DNA of 64,000 bases from Candidatus Babeliales bacterium (GCA_050250855.1 JBFWNW010000001.1:280179-344178); one strand, 5' to 3'. Positions 39,720-49,132 are shown, counted from the first letter of the stretch. Notes: a model not told the origin generated them from the letters alone. Translations and numbers: made by a program.

Positions 39720-39818
39720 TGTTCGTATGCTTCGACAGGCTCAGCACGAACGGCTGTGAGTATTTCTTTCCGTTCGCCCCTGACCCTGAGCTTGTCGAAT
39801 GGGTCGAAGGGTGCGAAC
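39720..39818. repeat. Type A palindromic doublet with self-nested hairpin
   Basis: ccgttcgcccctga[ccctgagcttgtcgaatggg]tcgaagggtgcgaac. Confidence 0.85.
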
Positions 39819-39836
39819 TTAATTGTATGGATTATT

Positions 39837-42227
39837 ATGAAATATATTACCTGGTTTAATGAATTACAAATTACTGATGTTCCTTTAGTTGGTGGCAAAA
39901 ATGCTTCATTAGGACAAATGATACAAACTTTAACAAAAAAAGGCATCGTTATTCCTAACGGCTTTGCTTTGACCGTGAAGGCATATTGGCATTTTCTTGA
40001 ATATAATAATTTACTTGAACCGTTAAAAAAAATATTAGCAACGTTAACGGATCCGCAAGATTTAAAAAAGCTTAAAAAAGTTGGCGCGGAAATTCGGGGC
40101 TTGATGCTTAAAGGAACCATGCCGCCAGATGTTGTTGCTGAGCTAGAAGAAGCGTATAAAAATTTGTCAGAGCAGTATGGGTCTCAAGCTGTTGACGTTG
40201 CTGTGCGTTCATCAGCAACCGCTGAAGATTTACCCAATGCATCATTTGCTGGTCAGCAAGAAACATTTTTAAATATTAAAGGTTCCAAAGAATTAGTTCT
40301 TGCGTGTAAAAAAAGTATGGCGTCATTATTTACTGACCGCGCAATTGTCTATCGCGTAGAAAAAGGTTTTGATCATTGGAAGGTCGGCCTTTCTGTTGGC
40401 GTACAGAAAATGGTGCGTTCAGATTTAGCTTCTGCTGGCGTACTTTTTACGCTTGATACAGAAACTGGCTTTAAAGATGTCATTATGATTAATGCATCAT
40501 ACGGTCTTGGAGAAAGTGTGGTGCAAGGTTTGGTAAGCCCTGATGAATTTAGGGTCTATAAACCACTGCTCAAGCAGGGATACAAATCCATCATTAAAAA
40601 AGTTTTAGGGGATAAACCAACCAAGCTGATTTATGGCGTTGATAAAAAAAATCCTACGCAAGAAGTAACGGTTGGCAATGATGCCTACAATGCATTTTCA
40701 TTGACCGATGAAGAACTTTTAACGCTTGCTCGTTATGGCGTGATTATTGAAGATTATTATTCTGAGCTCAAAGGGCATTGGTGCCCGATGGATATTGAAT
40801 GGGCCAAAGACGGTCTTGATGGCAAACTGTATATTGTGCAAGCGCGTCCCGAAACGGTGCATGCAAACCATGAAGCGCAGCATATGGTCTATGCGCTCAA
40901 AGAGAATTTCCAAAAGGTAAAGGAAAAGATTGTCCTTTCTGGCCAAAGTATAGGGCAGCGTATTGCAGCGGGCAAAGCGCGTGTTGCAAAAAGTTTTAGA
41001 GATTTAGATGTGTTTGAGCAAGGAGATATTTTAGTAACCTCCATGACAGATCCCGATTGGGTACCGATTATGAAAAAAGCAGCGGCAATTATTACCGATC
41101 GTGGTGGCCGCACAAGCCATGCTGCTATTGTTAGCCGTGAATTAGGAATCCCTGCCATTATTGGTACCGAGCGTGCAACCAGCAGTATCAAAACAGGAGA
41201 AGTAGTTACCGTTGATTGTTCGCAAGGTGCAACCGGGTACGTGTATCGAGGAATTGTTGAGTATACGAAACAACCAATAAAAGTTGAAAAAATACCACAG
41301 CTGCCAGTAAAGCTTATGGTCAATATTGGCGAGCCGGAACGTGCCATGAATGCTTCACTTTTGCCGGTTGATGGCGTTGGGCTCGCGCGTGTTGAATTTA
41401 TTATTTCAAACACCATAAAAATGCATCCTATGGCCTGTGTCGAGGCGGCAAAAATTAGTGATCAAACTATTATGCGCGCAATAGATGAAATAACGCGTGG
41501 CTATATGAATGCACGAGATTTTTTTGTTGCTAGTTTAGCGCAAGGTGTTGCTACCATTGCTGCACATTTTTATCCACGTCCCGTGATTGTGCGTTTTTCT
41601 GATTTTAAATCGAATGAATATCGTAATTTATTGGCCGGAAGTTACTATGAGCCGCTAGAAGAAAACCCTATGCTTGGGTTGCGTGGTGCTTCGCGTTATT
41701 ATAGTGCATTGTATGAACCGGCATTTTTGCTTGAATGTGCTGCATTAAAAAAAGCCCGTGAAGAGATGGGCTTTTCTAACATAAAAATTATGATTCCTTT
41801 TGTGCGCACGATAGAAGAAGCGCAAAAAGTAATTGATCTTATGCATCAGCAAGGATTGCAACGCGGCAAACAAAACCTTGAACTGTATATGATGTGCGAA
41901 ATTCCTTCGAATGTAGTATTGATGGACCAGTTTGCACCATTGTTTGATGGTATTTCTATTGGTTCAAATGATTTAACGCAGATGACGCTTGCTGTTGACA
42001 GAGACTCTGAACTGCTTGCAAATCTTTTTGATGAACGTGATCCGGCCGTCAAAGAGATGATTAAAATGGCACTGCAAGGAGCAAAACGTAATAAGATCCA
42101 TAGCGGCATTTGTGGTCAGGCGCCATCAGACTATCCTGAGTTTGGAAAGTTTTTAATAGAGCAGGGAATTGATTCAATTTCACTGAATCCTGATAGCGTG
42201 TATCAGTTTATTAAGACTATAACGTAA
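39837..42227 (+). CDS. ppsA: Phosphoenolpyruvate synthase
   Basis: VGGKNASLG, VRSSATAED, GGRTSHAAIVSRE, GSNDLTQ, GICGQAPSD; start ATG 39837. Confidence 0.96.
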   Translation: MKYITWFNELQITDVPLVGGKNASLGQMIQTLTKKGIVIPNGFALTVKAYWHFLEYNNLLEPLKKILATLTDPQDLKKLKKVGAEIRGLMLKGTMPPDVVAELEEAYKNLSEQYGSQAVDVAVRSSATAEDLPNASFAGQQETFLNIKGSKELVLACKKSMASLFTDRAIVYRVEKGFDHWKVGLSVGVQKMVRSDLASAGVLFTLDTETGFKDVIMINASYGLGESVVQGLVSPDEFRVYKPLLKQGYKSIIKKVLGDKPTKLIYGVDKKNPTQEVTVGNDAYNAFSLTDEELLTLARYGVIIEDYYSELKGHWCPMDIEWAKDGLDGKLYIVQARPETVHANHEAQHMVYALKENFQKVKEKIVLSGQSIGQRIAAGKARVAKSFRDLDVFEQGDILVTSMTDPDWVPIMKKAAAIITDRGGRTSHAAIVSRELGIPAIIGTERATSSIKTGEVVTVDCSQGATGYVYRGIVEYTKQPIKVEKIPQLPVKLMVNIGEPERAMNASLLPVDGVGLARVEFIISNTIKMHPMACVEAAKISDQTIMRAIDEITRGYMNARDFFVASLAQGVATIAAHFYPRPVIVRFSDFKSNEYRNLLAGSYYEPLEENPMLGLRGASRYYSALYEPAFLLECAALKKAREEMGFSNIKIMIPFVRTIEEAQKVIDLMHQQGLQRGKQNLELYMMCEIPSNVVLMDQFAPLFDGISIGSNDLTQMTLAVDRDSELLANLFDERDPAVKEMIKMALQGAKRNKIHSGICGQAPSDYPEFGKFLIEQGIDSISLNPDSVYQFIKTIT

Positions 42228-42240
42228 ATTATTAATTACC

Positions 42241-42328
42241 GTTCGAATGCTTCGACAAACTCAGCACGAACGGTTTTGGAAAGCTCTTTCTTATTCCGTT
42301 CGCCCTGAGCTTGTCGAAGGGTACGAAC
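42241..42328. repeat. Type A palindromic doublet
   Basis: gttcgaatgcttcgacaaactcagcacgaacgg ... ccgttcgccctgagcttgtcgaagggtacgaac. Confidence 0.85.
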
Positions 42329-42370
42329 ACAAAATATAATTTTTTTTTAATTTATGGATAAGTTCTAAAA

Positions 42371-42817
42371 CTATAACGTCTTCTTCATAGCACTTAATGG
42401 ATTTGGTATACGTTTAGTGTCATACCTTTCATTGCAATATTTTAGTGCTTCATGATCAGTCTCAAAGCCATGCTTAGCGTAAAAACCTACTGCTTCAAAT
42501 AAAGAGCAAACAGTTACCGTTTGGCAGCCATGTTTTTTCATATCATTGAGTGATTTTTTGAGCAACCAGCTACCAAGTCCTTTATGTTGTTCTTTAGGGT
42601 TAAGGCTTAACTGATGAATAAAGCAAGTGTTAGTATTATAGAGTGCTAAACCACGCGGTTTAAAATCATTATATTTTTTGAGTGTAATTTCTCCCGTGCC
42701 AAAAAATCTCTTTTGTAGCACTCTGTAGTCGTTTTTAAAAAAGTTTGTATCCATAGGGATTACAGCGGTTGGTAAGATTAAGGTAAGTAAAAGTAGTTTT
42801 TTCATAATGGTCTCCAT
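42371..42817 (-). CDS. GNAT acetyltransferase with signal peptide
   Basis: QHKGLGSWLL, AVGFYAKHGF. Confidence 0.8.
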   Translation of the reverse strand: METIMKKLLLLTLILPTAVIPMDTNFFKNDYRVLQKRFFGTGEITLKKYNDFKPRGLALYNTNTCFIHQLSLNPKEQHKGLGSWLLKKSLNDMKKHGCQTVTVCSLFEAVGFYAKHGFETDHEALKYCNERYDTKRIPNPLSAMKKTL

Positions 42818-42824
42818 TTAAAAA

Positions 42825-44165
42825 TTATTTATTGTCTGATTCTTCCTTGATAATTGTTTCATTGTAGGGAGTGCTTAAGTAATTATCAATGTCCCACAAA
42901 CCAACTTTATCAGCCAAGAGTTGTAATTCGCCAATTATTGTTAATAGTTGTACAGGTCTTGGCATTAGTTCAAAAAATATAAAAAGAGGTGCGCCGATTA
43001 TGAGCAGTAGGCTTCCGTCAGCGGCGTTTTCATTGCCCAATAATCTATTTATTGTTGATGATATTAAAGCAAGTTTGGCGATGTTTATTATTCCTTGGTT
43101 AAAAAAATGGGCCCCAATAGCTGGAATTGCTTTATAATTATCTCTGATGTCTTGCAGGAGGCCTAATCGCAATGAATTTTTAACATTAGCTAAATCATTT
43201 CCTTTAACACAACCTTTAGGAATAGAAATAATGCTGTTACATGGTACGTTAAACCAACAAGGCTTTTCTATTTTCTGCAGAGGATTATCTTGCATATCTA
43301 TATTAAAATCGTTAGGAACAGTATTTAAATCCAATATTTTTATACAATTATCACGTATATTAACAGCTTTAAGATTGGGAAATAACTTTTTTAAAGCATG
43401 AAAATCAACATGCTCAAGGCAGTTATTATTTAAATTAATAACATTCAGTTGTTCTTCAGGCAGAAGTTGTATGGCATCTTTTTTGCCTAAAAGGCCGAAG
43501 ATGGCATTTTTACATTTTATCCAATAGATTTGATAAAAGGGTCTTTTGATATTTTCTATACCTTTTAAAGATTCAAATTCATAATTAGCAAGATTGAGAA
43601 CGCCATGTTCTAGCAATTTTTTGCCGCCCAAGCGCTGTAATCTTTCTGGTGATTTGGGCAGATGGAAAATAACGAGTTCAGAAAGTTGAAATTCTTTTTC
43701 ATGATCGATAAGGGGATCAATTTTTTGCGCTAATCTTTCCATTATTTTTTGAGAAGCGCTGTATTTATCAGCTATTAAGAAAAGTCTGATGAGACTTTCT
43801 GTATCAGAAGGAATAAGAGATTTATCAGAGCAAAGATTTACAATGTCATCGCTTAAAGCTTCAATGATTGGAAGATCTTCGTTAGAGCAATTAGTGCAAT
43901 CATTAATCATAGTATGCAGTACATCCAGCTTTTTAAGCTTATTTTTGCTGATAGCCAAATTGCCATTTTCGCATTGTAAAATTATCTTTTCTTCAGGCTT
44001 TTTTTCTAATTGCAAGCTGTTTAAAGCCAATCCTGTTGCCAGGGTGCTAGGCAGTGTATTTTTTTGTAGTTCTTGTTTTGCAATCTGTGCAAATCGCTCC
44101 ATGGGCGTGACAACGCCCGGTAGGGTTAGGGTAAGTAGAAGTAGTTTTTTCACGAGGGTTTCCAT
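42825..44165 (-). CDS. Exported LRR protein with Skp1/BTB-like N-terminal region and C-terminal hydrophobic segments
   Basis: KIILQCENG..LHTMINDC..LF.IADKY; LNLANYEF, INLNNNCL, NIRDNCI, DMQDNPL. Confidence 0.65.
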   Translation of the reverse strand: METLVKKLLLLTLTLPGVVTPMERFAQIAKQELQKNTLPSTLATGLALNSLQLEKKPEEKIILQCENGNLAISKNKLKKLDVLHTMINDCTNCSNEDLPIIEALSDDIVNLCSDKSLIPSDTESLIRLFLIADKYSASQKIMERLAQKIDPLIDHEKEFQLSELVIFHLPKSPERLQRLGGKKLLEHGVLNLANYEFESLKGIENIKRPFYQIYWIKCKNAIFGLLGKKDAIQLLPEEQLNVINLNNNCLEHVDFHALKKLFPNLKAVNIRDNCIKILDLNTVPNDFNIDMQDNPLQKIEKPCWFNVPCNSIISIPKGCVKGNDLANVKNSLRLGLLQDIRDNYKAIPAIGAHFFNQGIINIAKLALISSTINRLLGNENAADGSLLLIIGAPLFIFFELMPRPVQLLTIIGELQLLADKVGLWDIDNYLSTPYNETIIKEESDNK

Positions 44166-44305
44166 TTTTGCCCATTTGCCAGGTTTTTGTATCTGGCCTA
44201 GGGTCTTTGTATTAGTTTAACCTACCATTTAAATTCTATTATGATTTTAGCATATTCGTGAGACTTGTCAATAAGGGGTAAAAAGAGCCAAAAAAGGGTC
44301 TCGCT

Positions 44306-44433
44306 TTTCAGCTTAGGGCCTTAGACTGAAATTGATGGGGTAAAAGATGAGCTGAATTTCAGTCTGGGCTGCTATGTTGAAATTAATTCAAGCATATGGT
44401 ACGTTAATTTCAGTCAACTATCAGAAAAGGAAT
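44306..44433. promoter_or_regulatory. Phased inverted-repeat array upstream of Fic gene
   Basis: TTTCAG-N14-(C/T)TGAAA at 44306 and 44357, plus TTTCAG at 44408; period 51 bp. Confidence 0.6.
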
Positions 44434-44436
44434 TTT

Positions 44437-45552
44437 ATGCGTGAAACAGGTGTATATCAAGTTTTAGGTGATGCTCGTTATTTTATACCCGCTCCTTTGC
44501 CGCCGGGCAAGCCGCCTTTTGAGCTAAGTCCTGAAATTCTAGCGGCTCATAGTAAGGCAAGTTTTGCTCTTGGCCAACTTAATGAAATCAGCAAAAGGGT
44601 GCCAGATCAGCAAAGATTTATAAAAGCGTACGTCATTAAAGAGGCCTTGCTTTCTTCTGCTATTGAAGGAATTCATACAACATTACTTGATGTTTTTACT
44701 GCACGTTTGGGCGAACATAAAATTAATAAAGATACGCAACTTGTTTTGAATTATACGAAAGCTCTTGATGCTGCACTTGGCATGATGCAGCAGGGCTTGC
44801 CTATAGCAAATCGTATTATCCTTAAAGCTCATGAAGAGTTGCTTTCTGAGGGTGAAGGGGATAGAGCTATGCCGGGAGCATTTCGCAAACAATCAGTGCG
44901 TGTAGGCAATCTTATTCCTGCGCCGGCACAGCGTATTCCAGATCTTATGACTGATCTTGAGCGTTATATTAATGAGCCATCTCAAGAAACGCCTCTTATT
45001 AAAGCAGGTCTTGTGCATGTACAGTTTGAAACGATTCATCCTTTTCTTGATGGCAATGGCCGCATAGGAAGACTACTTATTGTACTTATGCTTATTGAGC
45101 ATAATTTGTTATTGTCTCCTATTTTGTATCCCTCTTTATATTTTAAAAGACATTCTTTAGAGTATTATCAAAAGCTTGATCGCGTGAGAACGCATGGTGA
45201 TTTTGAAGGATGGATTTTATATTATTTGCAGGCAATACATGAGAGTGCTCTTGATGCGTATAAACGAGCCCAAGAGCTTGAAGCATTAGAACATAGGCTT
45301 AAAGCTCTTATTGAGCATGATGATAGTTTTTCTCGTATGCGAGATACGGCATATGATGCCCTAGAATTTTTATATGCTCATCCGGTGACAACGATTAGTT
45401 TTATGAGTCAAAACCTTGGTAAGGCGTATAATACGATACAGAATATTTTGCAAGAGTTTATGAACCACGGTATTGTTTCTGAAATGATTCTGAACAAGCG
45501 CAATAAGCAATATCATTTTCAGCTTTATCTTTCAGTTCTAGAGAAAGAATAG
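44437..45552 (+). CDS. Fic-family AMPylase with N-terminal inhibitory motif and C-terminal HTH
   Basis: HPFLDGNGRIGR; SSAIEG inhibitory motif; C-terminal wHTH-like segment; SD aaagga before ATG 44437. Confidence 0.92.
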   Translation: MRETGVYQVLGDARYFIPAPLPPGKPPFELSPEILAAHSKASFALGQLNEISKRVPDQQRFIKAYVIKEALLSSAIEGIHTTLLDVFTARLGEHKINKDTQLVLNYTKALDAALGMMQQGLPIANRIILKAHEELLSEGEGDRAMPGAFRKQSVRVGNLIPAPAQRIPDLMTDLERYINEPSQETPLIKAGLVHVQFETIHPFLDGNGRIGRLLIVLMLIEHNLLLSPILYPSLYFKRHSLEYYQKLDRVRTHGDFEGWILYYLQAIHESALDAYKRAQELEALEHRLKALIEHDDSFSRMRDTAYDALEFLYAHPVTTISFMSQNLGKAYNTIQNILQEFMNHGIVSEMILNKRNKQYHFQLYLSVLEKE

Positions 45553-45797
45553 CATTTATCCTGCCACCTTTTCCATTGAATCTGTTTAGGGGCGCGGAAA
45601 TGTAGGCATTTCTCGCAGCGGCCGCGGTTGTATGCATGAAAATAGCGGTCGCAGGGGCATGAGCAGTAAACAAGGTGGTATTTTTTGTAATCGTATCCGT
45701 CGTAGGTATTTGCATATTTGCTATTATCCATACAGCCAACTTCTGCTTTGAGCAGTAAGGGTAGCATGAGCAGTGCATAAAAAATATGGCGCATCAT
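45525..45797 (-). CDS. Small exported Cys-rich protein
   Basis: SD aaggag; signal peptide; GC...CSCPC...GRCEKCLH. Confidence 0.65.
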   Translation of the reverse strand: MMRHIFYALLMLPLLLKAEVGCMDNSKYANTYDGYDYKKYHLVYCSCPCDRYFHAYNRGRCEKCLHFRAPKQIQWKRWQDKCYSFSRTER

Positions 45798-45798
45798 A

Positions 45799-46005
45799 TC
45801 ACTCTCCTTGTTCAAATAAAAGATTGGTACCTGTTTGCTTAAAATCATTATCCTTGAGGTCAAGCTCCTGGTAGCATTCATCAGTAAAAAATGGCATGCG
45901 GGATTCTAATGCATTGCCAACGCAGGTAGGGCAACTTTGTAACGGGTAATGAAGACACTCAATATCAAGTAAGGTAAGCATCATAATAAACAATAATTTT
46001 TTCAT
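45799..46005 (-). CDS. Small exported protein with CPTC motif
   Basis: MKKLLFIMM signal; SCPTCVG...PFF. Confidence 0.6.
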   Translation of the reverse strand: MKKLLFIMMLTLLDIECLHYPLQSCPTCVGNALESRMPFFTDECYQELDLKDNDFKQTGTNLLFEQGE

Positions 46006-46232
46006 ACTATTCCCAAAGCTTTTTTAAATAAGTGTAGTTCTACTTTAAGTATAGATATTATGGTTTTCTATTTGCAATATTACGAAGCAATTTTATTGAA
46101 AAATTAAGAGAGAGGGTTATTCTTTGTGGTTTTCTATGGGAAACTTTTTTACTAGAAAAATGTTATCCTTGCTTTGTAGGCGTGAAGCTCTTTACACTAA
46201 AAAAGTAGTTTTTTGCAAAAAAAGGAGAAGGT

Positions 46233-47126
46233 ATGAATTTTAAATATAGTAAGGTATGTTGCGTATTCTTAATAAGTTTTTTTATGACTATTGTTCTTTA
46301 TGCAGAGCAGTTGCGTTTAATGACATTTAACTATCAAGAATCTGTTAACATTCCTTTTGCTTTGAACTCTGAACAACAAAAAAAGAACAAGGAAAATCCT
46401 ATAAAAAGGGAGCTTGCTACTGCTTTGCTAAAAGATTATAAGCCAGATATTATAGCTTTTCAGGAGCCTCATTTAGGAGATCTTGAATTTTTTAAAGAAA
46501 AATTAGGTAATTATGCGTGGATAGGCAAGCCAGTTATTCCTTTAGCAAAACAAAATAAGCTTAAAGTGGCAGCTACACTTGGTAAGGCTGGGAGTGATTA
46601 TAATGCTATATTTTACAATAAAAATAAGTTTAATCTGCTCCAGCAGGGAACATTTTGGCTTAATGAAACTATGAAAGAGGGCGAACCTTCAGCGTGGACA
46701 GGTGCTTCAGGAGTTAGGCGCTACTTTCATATCAGAGCCTGTACATGGGGACAGTTTCAGGAAAAAAGTACGAAGCAGAAATTTTGGGTCTTTAATACCC
46801 ACTTGTCTTTAGATGCAATGGTAGCTAACCGTGAGCTTGAGCTTATAAAAACTATTATTGCGCAAAAGTCTGGATCAGAGCCGGTTTTTGTGGTGGGTGA
46901 TTGGAATAAGCCTAGGCCAGAAGTTGTTCTAGGAGAAGGTTTTTATGATACTCGTAATATTTTAGCCAAAAAAGAAGCATCGATAGATCATATTTTTCTA
47001 AAAAATATTCCTTCAAAAAATGTGCGAGCATATAAGGTTATTGACTATACGGGGCCTTACACTAAAAATAATATCCGACCAAGTGATCATAGACCAATTT
47101 ATGCTGACGTTTTTTTAGCAAAATAA
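46233..47126 (+). CDS. Endonuclease/exonuclease/phosphatase (EEP) family protein, exported
   Basis: MTFN, DIIAFQE, FNTHL, GDWN, IDHIF, SDHRP. Confidence 0.9.
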   Translation: MNFKYSKVCCVFLISFFMTIVLYAEQLRLMTFNYQESVNIPFALNSEQQKKNKENPIKRELATALLKDYKPDIIAFQEPHLGDLEFFKEKLGNYAWIGKPVIPLAKQNKLKVAATLGKAGSDYNAIFYNKNKFNLLQQGTFWLNETMKEGEPSAWTGASGVRRYFHIRACTWGQFQEKSTKQKFWVFNTHLSLDAMVANRELELIKTIIAQKSGSEPVFVVGDWNKPRPEVVLGEGFYDTRNILAKKEASIDHIFLKNIPSKNVRAYKVIDYTGPYTKNNIRPSDHRPIYADVFLAK

Positions 47127-47133
47127 TTCTTTT

Positions 47134-48051
47134 TTACAGCTGGTTTTCAAAAATCTTTGAAGGGCTGTATAAAAACGTATCCAATAAATCTTTATCCTGT
47201 AAGAATTTATTGATATGCGGTGCCATTTGGGGATCTTGTAGCGCGCAGCCAATATTTGCTTTAATCCAGCCAATTGGGTTGCCAATATCATAGCGAATGC
47301 CCTGAACTTTTACCGCAAATACTTTTTCATTATTATGAATCATTTGGCAGATAGCATCAGTCAATTGCAATTCTTCATTGTGGTCAGCTTCAATCTCTTC
47401 TAGCGCTGCAAATATTTTTGATGATAAAACGTAACGTCCAATAACCGCTAAGTTTGAGGGTGCATTTTTTTGATCTGGTTTTTCTACCAAGTTAGAAACT
47501 TGGAAAAGATTTGGGGTGATCTGTTTTTTGATGCCAATAATACCGTACGAAGAAACTTGGCCCATCGGTACTTCTTGCACAGCAATAACGCTCGCTTTTT
47601 CTTGGCGAGCCACTTTCATGAGTTGCGCCATAGCAGCTTGTTTGCTAATAATAATATCGTCAGGCAAAAAGATACCAAAATATTCTTTGCCAAATGAACG
47701 GCGCGCCGTCCAAACAGCATGGCCAAGGCCACGTGGTTCTGATTGGCGTACATACGTAAAGTGAGCAACTCTCGTAATTTTTTTTAACGTATCAAGAAGA
47801 TCAAGCTTCCCGCGCTCTTGCAATAATAGTTCAAGCTCTACGCTAGGATCAAAATGATTTACAATGGCCTGTTTTTCGCGTGAAGTAACAATAATAAAAT
47901 CATGAATATCTGAGCTGATACCTTCTTCAACAATATATTGAATCGCCGGTTTATTCAAAAGAGGAAGCATTTCCTTGGGGACAGCCTTAGTATACGGCAA
48001 AAAGCGTGATCCTAATCCTGCTGCTGGTATGATCGCTTTTATTCTCTCCAT
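47134..48051 (-). CDS. galU: UTP-glucose-1-phosphate uridylyltransferase
   Basis: IPAAGLGSRFLPYTKAVPKEMLP, GLGHAV, VEKP, LQLTDAI. Confidence 0.93.
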   Translation of the reverse strand: MERIKAIIPAAGLGSRFLPYTKAVPKEMLPLLNKPAIQYIVEEGISSDIHDFIIVTSREKQAIVNHFDPSVELELLLQERGKLDLLDTLKKITRVAHFTYVRQSEPRGLGHAVWTARRSFGKEYFGIFLPDDIIISKQAAMAQLMKVARQEKASVIAVQEVPMGQVSSYGIIGIKKQITPNLFQVSNLVEKPDQKNAPSNLAVIGRYVLSSKIFAALEEIEADHNEELQLTDAICQMIHNNEKVFAVKVQGIRYDIGNPIGWIKANIGCALQDPQMAPHINKFLQDKDLLDTFLYSPSKIFENQL

Positions 48052-48097
48052 GAATTGCTCCTTTTTTTTACTGTCACTCAATACAGGTTATGAACGG

Positions 48098-49132
48098 TTA
48101 AAATTGTTTTAGAAACTCCAGGTTTCCAGAATGTAATAATCTAATATCACTAATGCCATATTTTAGCATAGCAACACGTGTTAGTCCAAAGCCGAAGGCA
48201 AAGCCAGAATAGCGCTTGGTATCAATGCCACAAAACTCCAAAACGTTTGGATGCATTAAGCCCGCACCACAAATTTCTATCCATTCAGATTGTTTACAGA
48301 CCGAGCAGCCATGATTACAAAATGGACATTCGATATCTATTTCAATGCCTGGTTCAACGAAAGGGAAATAAGAAGGACGAACACGTATTTTAAGTTTTTT
48401 CTGTTCAAAAAGTGCTTGGAAAAATGTTTTTACCGTTGCCATGAGATTGCTCATGGAAATATGTTCATCAATAACCAATCCTTCTACTTGGCTGAACATA
48501 AAATCATGGGATGCATCAGTTGCTTCGTGTCTAAAGCAGCGCCCCGGCGCAACAACAGCAAGCGGTCCTTTTTCTTTTTCCATGCTGTGCACTTGGACTG
48601 ATGAAGTATGCGTGCGCAAAAGCAGCCCCGGAACATCCAGCCAAAAGGTATCCCACATATCGCGTGCAGGGTGATTTTTTGGAATATTCAATGCTTCAAA
48701 ATTACGACGCTCAGTTTCGACTTCTGGGCCCTCAGCGAGAGAAAAGCCCATAGAAGAGAATATATCATTTACTTCTTGCTGAACGGTTGTCAGCGGATGT
48801 AGAGAGCCTCGTGCTTGCTGAGGCTTGTATGCAGAAACATCGAAATATTCTTGTTTGCGTTGTTGTTCATGAAGATCAGCAAGGATAAGAGATTTCTTTT
48901 TATTATCAAAAGCATCGGTACAGAATGTTTTTAAGGTATTTAATTGAGGCCCCAGACTTTTTTTCTCCTCTAGAGAAAGTTCTTTAAGCTGAGTCATAAG
49001 GTCGGCAATGCGGCCATTACGGGCAAGGAAGATAAGACGAACTTCTTCCAGTTGTTGCTGGGTAGTAGCTTTTTCAAGGTGAGCGAGAAATTCGTTTTTG
49101 ACAGTTGTAATAGCAGGTTCTAGCGTATGCAT
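48098..49132 (-). CDS. pheS: Phenylalanine-tRNA ligase alpha subunit
   Basis: HPARDMWDTF, LRTHTS, YFPFVEP, GFAFGFG. Confidence 0.97.
   Translation of the reverse strand: MHTLEPAITTVKNEFLAHLEKATTQQQLEEVRLIFLARNGRIADLMTQLKELSLEEKKSLGPQLNTLKTFCTDAFDNKKKSLILADLHEQQRKQEYFDVSAYKPQQARGSLHPLTTVQQEVNDIFSSMGFSLAEGPEVETERRNFEALNIPKNHPARDMWDTFWLDVPGLLLRTHTSSVQVHSMEKEKGPLAVVAPGRCFRHEATDASHDFMFSQVEGLVIDEHISMSNLMATVKTFFQALFEQKKLKIRVRPSYFPFVEPGIEIDIECPFCNHGCSVCKQSEWIEICGAGLMHPNVLEFCGIDTKRYSGFAFGFGLTRVAMLKYGISDIRLLHSGNLEFLKQF

Noticed and set aside
25724..42328. Type A repeats as integron attC sites
   Set aside because: Ends run GTT...AAC rather than RYYYAAC...GTTRRRY, they flank housekeeping genes, and no integrase was seen
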